Assembly: GCA_040285855.1 (NCBI GenBank) | Contig: JAUFOQ010000001.1 | Location: 1,736,001 to 1,800,000 of the forward strand | Reading direction: 5' to 3' | Origin: Eukaryota sp. GEM-RC1 | Taxonomy: Eukaryota | Length of the DNA: 64,000 nucleotides | Part shown: piece after piece, positions 1-12,330 of the stretch | Layout of the letters: every line of letters begins with the position of its first letter | Position numbering within the stretch: the first letter of the stretch is position 1 | Notes under the pieces: model-generated | Database searches by the model: none | Seen by the model: the letters and a program-made list of their open reading frames with translations, nothing else | What the model was told of the DNA's origin: nothing | Made by a program: the position numbers and the translations under genes

Positions 1-30
1 ACGAAATCTTATCTCTCACCCGTCAACTCT

Positions 31-2572
31 TTGCAGCAATGCAACTCTCCTATTCTCTTGAAGAACCCCGTTCCCAACCACCAGCTCCCAGTCGAACAAC
101 TAACCGACAACCCAGAACTCAACCTCGCTCTTCTAGACCCTCTCATTCCTCTTCTCACCTCACTTGCGCTTATTGTAAGGAGCCGGGACATGTCAACCGA
201 CTGTCCAGATCCCAGCTGCCGAGCAAGTCGATTTCACCGTCCCCTATCCACTCCTCAATACCCTGCCCAACAAAATCGAAGCCCTAGACCCCCTGCTCGA
301 GGAAATCCCCCACGAAGCGTTCCAAGAGACCAGCCACGAAGCCAGCCTGTCCATCGCAGAAATCAAAGAGAACCCACCATTAACCGCCGACCTAATACCC
401 GTTCTTCTAACCAACGCCAGGTCAACGCCGTGGACACCACCTTACCTGCTCCAGAATTTGTGGATCACATCCCCCTTTGTCTACCTGTAGACCTTGGGAT
501 TGATGATTCACAGAGCAATTCTGTCAATGCTATTTCAACTCACTTAACTTCAGACCCTTGTAAACTTTCCCACAAGAATGACTTTTTAAAAATTAATCTT
601 ACAATCAATGGAGTACCTACTATGGGTACCATTGATACTGCTGCTAAGACTTCCTGCATTACCCAGGATATTGCCTCCAATGCCAACATGGAAATTTCTG
701 AGAAACAAATTCCAATCTTCCTAGCCAATCAATCTAGAATTTACTCCCCCGGCCTTGCTTGTGGCTACCTTACCTTCCTCTTCGAAGGCCCAGCCAAGAA
801 AGTTCACTTGAAGTCTACCCTGCCGATCTTACCCGGCAAAGACCAATTACTTATCGGGTGTGACATTCTGACCAAACTAGGTCTTATGGATGCCAACGGT
901 GTCTACATTAAACTTGACGAAGAACATCGAAGATTTATCTCCGCTGAATCTGCCTTTGACCAATTTATGACTGCTCCCCCCTGAAGTGTTTGCTACTAAC
1001 CCTAGTTCTCCTATTAACTCATTTAAGCAACATCTTGAACAGAAGAAAACCAGAATAGAACTTCCTCCCGTCGAGAAAGAAGCTTTAATTGACCTCCTTG
1101 CTGAATTCAGTGATGTGTTCAGTGATTTGCCTCATCCAGATGGCATCGACTGTGAACCGATGAGAATCCCTTTGCAGACGAATCAAAAATTGTAAGCCCC
1201 CCCCAGGAACCTTAGCCCCGAAAAATTAGAAATTGCGAACAAAGAATTCGACGACCTTCTCAAAAAGAATTTTGCTGTACCTAACGAGACCAAATGGTCC
1301 TCACCCATCTGTTTAGTGACCTACGCTGACAAAGCTCCTAGATTAACCGGTGATTTTAGTGGCAAGAATGGGATCAACGACCTCTCACTTACTCTGGAAG
1401 CCGATTTGCCTAAAATCGCTGACATCCTGCGCGTCCTGTCTAAGGCAAAATATATTGCTACTCTCGACTTACCTAAAGCCTTCTGGCAAGTCAAACTTCA
1501 CCCAGATGACGTGAAAAAAGCTTCACTTTCCATACCTGGACGTTCAATTTCTTTTACTCGAGCTGCTTTTGGACTGAAAAATGTCCCAGCTTTCTTTCAA
1601 AATTTAATGGTCTCATTTTTCGCCGATGAAGACATTTTTATTTACATCGATGACATAATCGTATGTTCGGAAGACTTTTCAGATCTACTCGCTAAACTCA
1701 GGAAAATTCTATCGAAAGCTCGTGACAAACGAGTTAGATTTGGCCTTCGCAAATGCGATTTTATTACTTTCAAGAGTAAAATCGAGATCGTAGGATGCAT
1801 CTTCCAAAATTTTCAACGCTCGATCAGTCCAGATCGAATTAAAGCTATCTGTTCACTCCCGCGACCAAAGACTTTATCAGAGGTTCGAAGTTTCGTTGGA
1901 TCGATTAACTTCATTAGAGACTGGATCCCCAACCTGGCCTCTGTACTAGAACCAATTTCAAATCTGCTAAGGAAAACAAACAAGATCATCTGGACCGCTG
2001 AAACCGAAACGTGTTTCAAAGAAATTTTAAAACTAATTTCCAGTAACATACCCTTGAACCTGCCTGACGCCAAAGCTACTATTTTGATTTCCACTGACGC
2101 CTCCGAAGTAGGCCTTTCCGGGATTATTTGGGAACAAATCGAAGACTGTGCTGATGGAACCCCTCTTATTGAAAGGAAAACCAGACCTCTCTGTTTTTAC
2201 AGCAAGAAGTTTACGGACAGCCAGAAGAACTGGCCCACCATCCAGAAAGAATTATACGCCATCCTGGCCACCCTAACTCTGTCCCCATTATCTTCCTTCC
2301 TCTTAACCAAAAGATTTACGTTATTTTGTGACCACAAAAACTTATCTTATTTAATTTCAGCTCCCGAAAAGAACAGGATCGTCACCCGATGGATCCCCAT
2401 CCTTGCTAACTTTGAATTCGAACTTGTCCATACCGCTGGTGAAGACAACCACTTCGCTGACTTGCTTTCCCGATGGTTCCCCGAACCTTCTTCTGTTAAC
2501 CCTAGCATTTTGATGTGCTCGTCTACGGTGCCGGATGCAGTCGAGGGGGAGACACTTGATGGCAGAGGATAG
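31..2572 (+). CDS. Gag C-terminus / protease / RT / RNase H, split by several small indels
   Basis: ORFs 39-287, 31-984, 986-1195 and 1316-2572 join through small indels, mostly in homopolymers (~980, ~1175-1205). Confidence 0.9.
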
Positions 2573-5198
2573 TAGGTTATCCTCTCCACAGACTTCTCAT
2601 CAACCCTCGGGACCTGTTTCAAACAGGGCTTCTGGAGCAACGTTTCAAACGTCGACGCAGATGATGCGACAATTTGACAAAGATTGTGAAGGACTCAGCC
2701 GAGAGGAACAAGTCCAGCTTTTCTGGGATAGAAAAGACGCCTTTATGGAAGCTCACGAACAAGAACAGGAGTACATAAACGCCCTAGAAGCCGAAATCAA
2801 AGAATCCACCGACGAACAACTCCGCTTGCAACTGGAAAGAGATGCCGCTGTTGCTCTAATTGAAGACGATATAGAAGACCAGGAATTCCATGATCATCTG
2901 AGAGGAAATGGCCTCTTCATTGACGAGGATGGACACATGTGTCAATTGCCATCCATTGACTCAGATGATGAATTCCGCATCTATATGACCGATATACCGG
3001 ATCATATAGATCTCAGCAGCTCTGATGAGTCTCCCATTCTAATCGTAGATGATGAGCATTCCCCAATGCTCGAAGACCTGCCATCGATCGAAGCGATCGG
3101 TGCTAGCTATCGCCTCTTTCCCCACCTGATCAGAGACACCTCTGAATTCCTTAGGATCTCGAATTCCGCCGCAACCTCGGCCGTGATCTCAGTCTCGTCG
3201 GAAGACGAAGACGACCTATACGAACAGTTCCTTGGAGAATCGCCCAAGGACACCCGTCTATTTGACAATCTAGGCAACGAACTGCCTGGCCCCTGGAACC
3301 CTCCAACCAACATTAACATTAACCCTAGACCCAACATTCCGCTAGCCCCTCCAAACTTTGACCATGTAGGTATCCATGATAACGCTGGATACTACAGCCC
3401 CTGTACCGACTCCGCTCTCACCGACGAAGGCCCCTTCGACATCATGATTGCTACCCTTGATGACTCCCGAGCTATTGAACCAGAAATTGACGAGGACAAC
3501 CTGTTCGCCGAACGGTTAACTATTGACCCCTTGTCCCACAACCTCCTTAGTAGCTCCGACAGTGATCTCCCCGAAGAGACCTCTTGGACACAGATCCCCG
3601 ACCCCAGCCATGTGTTCAACGATTGGTTGAAACTACTATCCCAAGAACAGGAACAGGCAACTAAAGACAATGACATCACCATGACCACCGACACAGAGCT
3701 TATCTCCATGACCGCTAATGATAAAGATTATGTGCTCACTTGGAACCATAGGAAGAAGAAGTTCGTAATCCCTGACTCCCTGAAACGACACTTGCTTCTA
3801 ACTATACACGGATCCACCAGAGCAGGACACCCGTCCAAGAAAGACTCCGTCTCTGCTTTAATGAGAAGTGACTACTGGTGGCCTAACTACCTTTACGATA
3901 TGAAGTCTCACGTAAAGAATTGTATTCCATGCCAAAAGACCGCTCCTGCCCCGGAATTGAAGCTTCCCTCTTCTGGAAATCTTTGGTCAGACCGCCCTTT
4001 CCAATGCTTACATGCCGACGTGATTGGACCGCTTTCCCCAGATTCAGAAGATTACAAATACATCTTAGTATTCGTGTGCTTTTTTTCCAGGTTCTCTGTT
4101 CTTGTACCCCTGAAAGTACTCAACGCCCAAGAAGTAGCGTACTCCATTCTATGGAATGTAGTTGGAAACTATGGGATCCCTTCACAAATCCTGAGTGACA
4201 ATGGCCCTGAGTTCGCTAATGCCGTCAACAAAAGCTTATGTTTATTTCTAAACATCGAGATAAAATTTTCAACCCCCTACTTCCATCAATCAAATGGTCT
4301 AGTAGAAAGAAGACACCGCGAAGTACTGCAAACCCTCCGTCGACTACTAATTGATCTCCAAGCCCACTCAAACTGGAGTACATACATTCCCATCACCCAA
4401 CTGATCCTGAACACCAGAACCAGTTCAATTACTAATTTCACTCCCTTCGAGCTTATCTTTGGTTCGAAAACTGATCCTAGACAACTCCCTCTCCAAGTAA
4501 TCCAGAACTGTACACTGGATGATCACTTACCGCAGAACTCATATGTTGACGCCTTGAAACAGAAAACTTCAACCATCTTAAACAAGTGGAAAGAGGCAGA
4601 AAACTCCTCCAATCTCAAGAAAAGATCGCTCTCATCCAGGAACTCCGCCACTAACAAAAAACTCATAGATGACATCAATCAAGGAGACTTCGTCTTGAAG
4701 CTCAGCGAACATCCCTCGAAGACCCATGGGAAGTGGACTGGTCCATACCTAGTCGAGGACGTCTCCTATCATCCCTCTAATTGCCTCGTCCGCAATCTTA
4801 TCACAGGTATCTCAGTAAGATGCTCCCTCTACCATGTCAAGAAGTGCCACACGAACCACTCCGAAAACGTGCTTCAAGCCTATGCTGCTACTGATTCAGA
4901 AGAAGTTGTGATTGACAAGATCATTGATCACGACTTGACCTCCCCGCAAGACCCTAAGTACCTAGTCCGCTGGCTGGATGGTACTACCACCTGGGAAGGC
5001 CGCTCAGTAGAGAACACCGCCGCCTACTATGCTTACCGCAGGAAGTACATTGATGAACCTCCTCAAGCTAGAGGTCCCGCAACTGCCCGTGCTAACTCTA
5101 AACTAGACGCTGCTTGGAAAGCTCAACACCACAAGTCCGCCCCTGTTGTAGCTCGCAATCAGCATCGTATGAAAACAAGAAATCGTACATCTCACTAG
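2535..5198 (+). CDS. Acidic spacer + integrase (HHCC, DDE) + C-terminal chromodomain
   Basis: H..GH..C..C zinc motif, LHADVIGP, ILSDNGPEF, SNGLVERRH; chromo-like VIDKIIDH..KYLVRWLDGTTTWE. Confidence 0.93.
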   Translation: MQSRGRHLMAEDSRLSSPQTSHQPSGPVSNRASGATFQTSTQMMRQFDKDCEGLSREEQVQLFWDRKDAFMEAHEQEQEYINALEAEIKESTDEQLRLQLERDAAVALIEDDIEDQEFHDHLRGNGLFIDEDGHMCQLPSIDSDDEFRIYMTDIPDHIDLSSSDESPILIVDDEHSPMLEDLPSIEAIGASYRLFPHLIRDTSEFLRISNSAATSAVISVSSEDEDDLYEQFLGESPKDTRLFDNLGNELPGPWNPPTNININPRPNIPLAPPNFDHVGIHDNAGYYSPCTDSALTDEGPFDIMIATLDDSRAIEPEIDEDNLFAERLTIDPLSHNLLSSSDSDLPEETSWTQIPDPSHVFNDWLKLLSQEQEQATKDNDITMTTDTELISMTANDKDYVLTWNHRKKKFVIPDSLKRHLLLTIHGSTRAGHPSKKDSVSALMRSDYWWPNYLYDMKSHVKNCIPCQKTAPAPELKLPSSGNLWSDRPFQCLHADVIGPLSPDSEDYKYILVFVCFFSRFSVLVPLKVLNAQEVAYSILWNVVGNYGIPSQILSDNGPEFANAVNKSLCLFLNIEIKFSTPYFHQSNGLVERRHREVLQTLRRLLIDLQAHSNWSTYIPITQLILNTRTSSITNFTPFELIFGSKTDPRQLPLQVIQNCTLDDHLPQNSYVDALKQKTSTILNKWKEAENSSNLKKRSLSSRNSATNKKLIDDINQGDFVLKLSEHPSKTHGKWTGPYLVEDVSYHPSNCLVRNLITGISVRCSLYHVKKCHTNHSENVLQAYAATDSEEVVIDKIIDHDLTSPQDPKYLVRWLDGTTTWEGRSVENTAAYYAYRRKYIDEPPQARGPATARANSKLDAAWKAQHHKSAPVVARNQHRMKTRNRTSH

Positions 5199-5239
5199 TT
5201 TATTTTTAATATGAATTACCCAATAAGAAGAAAAGGCAG

Positions 5240-5370
5240 TGTTGTAGTTGTAGATTTGTGTAATTTCATATTAGGTTTTTTATCTTCCCCCTTACATCTA
5301 TAGAGGTTCTTCTCCTTATAAAGGTTCTCCTCTACATAGTATGTCCATTTATAGTGCACAAAGACCAACA
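5240..5370 (+). repeat. 3' LTR (~131 bp) preceded by a polypurine tract
   Basis: AAGAAGAAAAGGCAG then TGTTG...CAACA; a homologous LTR at 48513-48640 (minus) shares the same 3' boundary. Confidence 0.8.
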
Positions 5371-5433
5371 AAAGTCATTAATGTTTGGATTTGCTTTTGA
5401 TATATAAATCTTACACAAAGTAATCCTCGCTTC

Positions 5434-6921
5434 GTGTCATTTTCCCTTTCCCCAGCAGAAACTCTTTCAATTATTCTCAATGAACCGTCCCTTAGTAACC
5501 AAACCATTTCATTTGGTGGGGAATCTATCGAAGACAACAAATCAGTTCTTGCAACACACTCTACGTACTTCAGATCTCTCTGGTTTCTGGAGTTTAGTGA
5601 TAAGCTGGAGAACTCTATTGATTTCTCTCATCTACCCGTGGATTCCGACAACTTCTTCGTGTTTTTCAAGTCTTTCTTTGGAAAGTCATTCACCATCAAT
5701 GAGAACAATGCTCATGACTTTTACTACCTCGTCCACTACTTCAAAGTGGACGAACTGATTGACCAAGTGGAAAATCACCTAAACACTCATCTCGTAACCT
5801 GGGCTTGGTTAAAGTCTTTCATTAATGAAGCAGATGAAAGAAGTGACTTGAGAGCTCTGGAATTCGTTGGTCCCTGCTTTTCCAAGATTGATGACCTATT
5901 GATTGATGACGTGATGGCAATCACTACTGAAGGGTATAAAACGCTTTCAAAATACTGTATCTCTACTCAATCACAGTCGTGGTTCATCAAATCTCTGGTG
6001 GAATCGTTTTTGAATCAAAGTTTCGATTTGAATGAATTTTTAACTGTGTTTAATTATTGCGCAATACAAACCTTTTCTTTTCAACATTGGAATGAGTTTT
6101 TGTTTGTTCCTTTAAAAGATGTTGAAACCGACTTGATGAAGTTTTTGTTTACAAAAGTTAAGAATCTCTATTTTGACTCTTTGTTGCAGCAAAATTCTGT
6201 GCTGAATGAGGAACCTTTTAAATTAAGTTCTTGTTTGGATGTACAGAATTCTAAATCGACAGCTACAATATATCATTTAGAAAGCAACAATTGTGACTTA
6301 AACGCAATCAGCACTGATTTAACACGAGAAATGCATGATTCAGAAAACTCTCGTTTAAAGTCGACAATTATTCAATTAAAACGAGACGTAGAACAATTAA
6401 AGCCGAATTCTACCCAAAAACGGTCAGTTTATCAATCAAAAACGATTAAATTCTCTCAAACTCGAAAGAATTCTCAGTTACAAGTTAGTAATGATAAAAC
6501 AAGAGTTGTTAATATCGGTGCTTGTTTAGGGGGTGCTAAAGGAAATATCTTGGGAGAAGATCCACTTCTTCCAGGGAATGTTTCTACTTGGAAGTTGAGG
6601 TACCACGGGAACACAAGTTATCTTCTTGTTGGAGTCATTGACGAGTCAAAGTTTTGTGTTGATGGAAAATGTTTCAATAACGCTCACTGTTTTCTTAATA
6701 ATAATGCTGTTTGTGGTTGTCTCTCAGGAAACAGTGACCAATGGAATCCTGGGAAATTACTGGAAATCAATGCAAATTTAATTAATTACATTTTAACAAT
6801 CAAATCCTTGAGTAATTCTTCAATTAACCTTACTGGAACTCTTCCCAGATTAAGTAGTGGTAATTATTATCCGTTTGCTTTCTAAGGTCGTAGAGATCAT
6901 CTTCTTGAACTCGTTGAATAA
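5434..6921 (+). pseudogene. BTB/POZ + coiled-coil + SPRY-like protein, probably disabled
   Basis: Paralog of 38833-40317; start is GTG rather than ATG; in-frame TAA at 6883-6885 where paralogs have Leu; reading resumes GRRDHLLELVE* to 6921. Confidence 0.75.
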
Positions 6922-7539
6922 ATTTGATAACATTTCATTTTGAATAATTCGCCTCCGTTAGAGAAGTAGACAACAACTTCTGACATTGGTTTAATTAGTT
7001 TCAAATGGACTAGTTTTCCAAACAAAATATTAAGTGTACATAATTCGTTCATAAGAAAATGTTGTAATGGTAGTCAATTGAAGCTGTATTTTTCGAAATA
7101 TCCATTATCCTTATACTTCAGTCAGTAATGATGTTTGGTATCTCAACAACATAAATCTGATGTACTATAACAACAACATAGCGTATTCAGCGTTGTTGAA
7201 ATCATCACTTGTGCTTTTATTGTTGTGTTGAACTTTTTCTTTCATAAGATCAAATATCCATTGATCAGTTATGTTCAATCTCATACCACATCAAGTCATT
7301 TCTACAGGATCATTTGTAATACCACCACAGTCAATCGATTGATGCATAAACAATATTATAAACATCATTTGTACAATAATTAGTCAACTCCATCCAGTAA
7401 AACGGGGTTTATGAGCAATCGGTGAAATAGATGATTTCGCAGAACATAATAACTAACAGACACTAACCAAAGCATCTAAACTATGATTCTTCTGTCCATC
7501 ACCCAACAACTTACCTAAAATTGAATTAAAAAATCTGTG

Positions 7540-7860
7540 CATTGAACGAAACAACACAAACGTTAACCTGCTCAACCAAAAATGTTAATCAATGGACCAC
7601 TACAATAAGACTTCGTTGTTGTTTATGGCCATATAATTTGCCAAAGGATCTTCAATGTAGCTGTGGAAAACAATTAACGTTTTCTCATCTGTTAAGTTGT
7701 AATCGCTACATAACTTATCGAACGTGTATGCATGATGCTGTAAGAGATCAAATACATGCTATGTGTAAGTCTTACAACATTGAGTCATTCGTTGAACCAC
7801 TTCTAAGATCTTAAGAACCAAGTTATAATTATAATGTCGAAAAACAGAACCAATTTTTTA
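7540..7860 (+). mobile_element. CRE-like non-LTR (RLE) retrotransposon fragment
   Basis: IRLRCCLWP..CSCG..HLLSC..HDAVRDQI..VEPLL zinc-finger/pre-endonuclease motif. Confidence 0.75.
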
Positions 7861-8087
7861 GTTGATTTTCAAAGCTTCTGACAGTGACATGGCACATTGA
7901 GCACCAATGGAGTTCATTCACGAAACGTTAGATTTATCAAAAGACACTGCTGAAATCCTCTATTACAGACATGGTAAAGACTGTTGTTGTATTGTATGTA
8001 AAGTTGTATCAGAACCTCAATGACAACTAATTATCGTGTACTTTTCTAATACAACCTCAATATTTTTGTATTCAATTCAAATCTTCT

Positions 8088-8525
8088 TCAGTAACAGCTC
8101 TTCTTCATTGATCTCTTTAAGCGATTGCGGCGATTTTGATGCCAAACTTTAACCTGTTTTACCGTCAAGCCGGTACGTTGAGACAACAGTTCAACCTGGC
8201 ACACATCTGGACGTTGATCTTTCATGAATGAGTTCATTAAAATGTCATTTTGTTCAAAAGAAAACCTACTATACTGTGGGAAGATTTGGAAGCAGTTTGG
8301 TGGGGAGGAGTCAAGAGGATTAGCGATTGCGCAAGTCACTTCCGTTTCTATCGACCTTGCATTCATTTTCACGTAACACTTAGGAGAACCTTGCATGGCC
8401 CAAATCCCTTCCTCTCTCACTCTTATAGGATAAACTGGGATGGGCTTTACGATCCTGTCAAAAGTAGGTTGAACGTTGTCTAAGGAAGAACATCCTGACG
8501 AAGTCCCACAAATGGAAGAGAACAT
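8088..8525 (-). CDS. Homeodomain protein
   Basis: RFSFEQNDILMNSF..LSQRTGLTVKQVKVWHQNRRNRLKR matches the homeodomain consensus; ATG at 8525. Confidence 0.88.
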   Translation of the reverse strand: MFSSICGTSSGCSSLDNVQPTFDRIVKPIPVYPIRVREEGIWAMQGSPKCYVKMNARSIETEVTCAIANPLDSSPPNCFQIFPQYSRFSFEQNDILMNSFMKDQRPDVCQVELLSQRTGLTVKQVKVWHQNRRNRLKRSMKKSCY

Positions 8526-9583
8526 CTTGAGTGAGCTAGCAGAGAGAACATACTGGCTATTGGTGTAGAAAATTGCTTAGATTGGTTGTTTACAGTCACT
8601 ACAGATTTGGGTTGATTTGATTTGACTTCGTGGTTAATTACCAAATTCAAGATTAGACTTTTCCCATGAAAGAAGTAACTCCTCTTTAACCTCAATGAAG
8701 GCTGATTTTGTACAACTCGATGTGAACGTCAATTTTAGATGTTGATCATTGATTAATCATGAATGTTTTCTACATCAAATCCATATCAGAAAGTGTTGAA
8801 TTGGACAGCTTAAAAAGCTCAAAAGACTAACCCAATTTTATAAAGAAAAGTGAAGTAAATACAGTGACAAAATCTACAAAACAGTTAAACTAGAGAAATA
8901 ATCTCTGACTGACGGACGGTGGTGATACTTCAGTTTTGTTAGAGTTCTTTAAGCCAGATTGATGAACCTTGAAACATGATAACATTGGTTCAAACAGGGA
9001 GAGAAACTCAACTGTATCAGCTTCATTAAAAAACTCTTGGCCAATTAGGGTTCCAAGGCATGATCAGTAAGTTGGCTCTGCTCAACAGCTACTAGAAGCA
9101 CTCCTAGTAAAAGTGTATCTTTTGATGAAAACGAGTCTATGTATAGTAAAGAGATGGCGAACAAGATACAGAAATCTACAATGGAAGACAGCTGCGGCCT
9201 AGATGATAAACCAGAGCAAGTTATTGAAAGAGATTGCGGAGGAAAAAAGAATCTTGGATGTAGTTCAGTAGGCGAGCGAATTCAACTTCAAACACTCGAT
9301 CTGGGCAAAGAACTACGCGGTAAACACAACGGTAATCAGTTGAGTGGAAGTTTAGAGACAGGAAATACGACACTAAAGCGATAAGTTCCAGGTCGTTAGA
9401 TAGTGGTTGAGTACCAAGAAAGTTAAAAACCAAACGGCATCAAGGGTAACATGGTGGGAAAGAGCAAGTTCTTCTGAGAGAAGGTAGAATCGAGAAACGA
9501 TCGTAGATGTAGTACACGTCATTGTTTCAGACAATGAGACCAGATATCAGTGTCACTTGTGCATGTAGAAAAATCTCGATGGA

Positions 9584-10530
9584 CACCAATCGGTTTAAAT
9601 AGTCTGGACCAGAATAATTCTTATAATGGTTTTTAGACCCCAAAAATAAGAATTAGTCTGGACCAGACTAATTGTTGAGAAAAATAAAATAGTCTGGATC
9701 CTTTTTTTGTTTACATCATCATATTTGTTGTTCTAAAAACTTAGTTGACACTACTAAGAACTCAAAAATGATTTTGTATGAAAGCTTTTTCTAATGTCTG
9801 GACATAAATAAACACCTTCTCTTAATTCAAACTGCAACTGAGACTTCGCAGCATCTTGAATGATAAACGACCAAAAATCGATGTTATATCTAGTGAACTA
9901 TATGTTGTCTTCGTCAATTTTTTCGTTTGATTATCTAATACATTCTCGTGCTACTTTCCTAAACAGCGTTTCTCAAAGTGTATCTACTCTTTAGACACCA
10001 AAGATTGCTACTAATTTATGGCCCGTGTCTAGTGTATCATTAGAACAACAACGAACATCAGGAACAGAGTTTGTCGCAAATATAGAGCACTAACAACGTT
10101 AGTCTTGAGTAGTCTTCCATTCTATGTACCTTTTTAAATTCCCTAAACAGGACCTTTATGTGATTAATTATGACTGATACATCACGAGTTAGAATCACCT
10201 CAGAAATTTAATGTCTGCTGAAGCATCATCAAGGCATTTAATATGCTGAGTACTTCCAGAATCTGGTGTTTCTGCATTGTTAGTGTTAATTATGGACTGT
10301 TTCATCAAAAGTGTGGACACTGTCTGATGTTCAATAGCAACTGAATACCATGTGAGTTGTTACTATATCACTCCTAACTTCAGTAACTACAAGTAAACAG
10401 GTCAAATCGAACGTTTTTACAGAATTATGACAAAAAACAGTCAACTCCAGACTAATTTCTATAAAAGTGAGATTCTAAAAAGTTCCAAAATATGAATTAG
10501 TCTGGACCAGACTAATTATACCGATTGGTG
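9584..10530. mobile_element. Non-autonomous pogo-like element
   Basis: TIRs CACCAATCGGT.../...ACCGATTGGTG followed by TA; subterminal TAGTCTGGACCAGACTA repeats as in the pogo element at 51659. Confidence 0.8.
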
Positions 10531-10551
10531 TAGATCATTTGACCTATTTGC

Positions 10552-11311
10552 CAGGAGTTGGAAAAATTGCATTGTCAATTAATTGTTCTCAGTTTTTCAG
10601 AGGCAATGAATTATTGCAATTATCACATGTGCTACAATTAATTGGGCAATTAATTGGTTTGTGATAAAGTGACCATTTGCACTTAAAAGAAAGTTCAAAA
10701 GTTTGTTCTTTATGATAACAAAACTAGTCTTCAGTGTACAATCAGTGTTCACCAACGTCTTGCAGGATATTGTGCGCTTAATACCGCAAAATTACCTATT
10801 GAGTTCGTTTTCCACAAAGTTGAACGGTCTAAGGCCTTTAACAACCCAATTCATCCATTTAAAGTATTCTGAGTATTTGTCTTCAATTACAAATGTGTCA
10901 AGGGTGCTCATTTGCCTTTCATCAAGTCATTGTGCTCCTGTTGAAGGTTAACATGCTTTGTTCTCAGATGGTTGGAAAGGTTTGTTCACAGGTTACCTTT
11001 CAATATCATTGCTTTGCACTTACAAGTGTAGTGTTGCCCTTTGCCATGAGCACTTTTTCCAGAATCGGACGGAGAAAAGAAAGTCAAGCACATAGTACGA
11101 TTGTCTGTAGGTAAAGGAAGCAAAGTGTTTTATTGTACATCTGTATTCTGTTATCTGTTTGTAATTTCTATTCATTTCGTGCATTTGAAACCCCCGTGAT
11201 AATTGCAATTAATTGCCCAATTAATTGTCGTCCTATTTTTGGGGCCAATTACTTATTGCAATTAATTAATTGGTAATAATTTAATTGGCAATGCAATTTT
11301 TCCAACTCCTG
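10552..11311 (-). mobile_element. Non-autonomous hAT element
   Basis: TIR CAGGAGTTGGAAAAATTGCATTG; perfect 8-bp TSD CTATTTGC; transposase relic on minus strand (KWMNWVVKGLRPFNFVE; NLSNHLRTKH). Confidence 0.92.
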
Positions 11312-11479
11312 CTATTTGCTATTTTACTAAATGACATTGGTTCCTGTTTTGAGATTCTCAAACAGAAAGCAGAAAAGTACAGTAATGTACGATCAAATGA
11401 CAGCAGTTTCATGCTGATGCGAGTTTAATAAACAATGATGTGCAATAATTGAAAAACATCTTTTATCTCTTAAAGATAC

Positions 11480-12330
11480 ATAAAATCTAAAGACGTGAAC
11501 AAAATTAACAATACTATTCCCTGACATTATCTTGAACCCCAAAGAGCTTCTTCAAAATTCCGTCAAAATGCTCAAACATTGAACGCAATATAAAAAAACA
11601 AGACGACCCTACAAAAACTAATGCTGAACTTCATGCCAAATTTGCAACACAATTGATTAAAAGATGACAAAAACGTTTGAGCTGCAGAACCGAAATTCCC
11701 ACAAATGGAAATACCGAATAGTTGAAACACCAAAGCATTATGTCTTTGTGAATTCAATTTAGAAATATAATCACAATAACGAAGACATTTCTTATCTTCA
11801 GCAATACTCAAATGTGAATATTGATCATCCAATATTTTACTACTAGTAGTATCATTACATGGATCCACAGTGGTGAAATCCAAAACAACGTGTTCTCAAT
11901 TTAACCATGGACCAATTAAATCACCACGACTCTTATCACGAATGAAAGAATCAGAAAATGAGGACAATAGAGGTTCATTTTTGCCATGTATCCGTTTGAT
12001 TTAAATAAAGAAAGACATTGATCGCGAATACTGTTGTGAAGAATAGATCTCGTATGAATAAATAAAGGGCAATTAACAATGTGATAAAACGAAGCAGGCT
12101 TTAAAGAACTATAGATGCACTTAGTTTGTTGAACTAAGCCATTAGGCCAGAACACCAATCTCAAACGCATGTTAATTACCCATTCGTGATCCTTCAATTT
12201 AAAATTAAAGCGTTGAGGATAGCGTATCACTGTAGAAGACGCAACAGAACTTGAAATGTCCTTTTACAAAGGGAAAAATTTGTTATTAATTGACTGAATT
12301 AGTGTAGGTCTATCAACTAAAAAATACATG
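11480..12330 (-). mobile_element. CRE-like non-LTR retrotransposon 3' fragment
   Basis: NMRLRL..C..HIVNC..HNSIRDQC, then DFTTVDP RLE-like region. Confidence 0.8.

Larger units (their letters stand above)
1..5370 (+). mobile_element. Ty3/Gypsy (chromovirus-like) LTR retrotransposon, 5' end outside window
   Basis: Domain order gag CCHC knuckle (CAYCKEPGH[M]STDC, across a frameshift near 190), protease (IDTAA), RT (LDLPKAFWQ, YIDD), RNase H (TDAS, FCDHKNL, ADLLSR), integrase, chromodomain; polypurine tract and TGTTG..CAACA LTR follow. Confidence 0.95.

Noticed and set aside
180..1210. Programmed ribosomal frameshifts in gag-pol
   Set aside because: Several shifts fall inside conserved domains, mostly at homopolymers, matching the error pattern in GAR1 and SRP14
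6883..6885. In-frame TAA as evidence of a TAA=Gln genetic code
   Set aside because: Paralogs have Leu at this site, and TAA/TAG terminate conserved genes in the window at the expected positions
8860..9520. Coding-like decayed minus-strand sequence
   Set aside because: Multiple stops and no recognisable family
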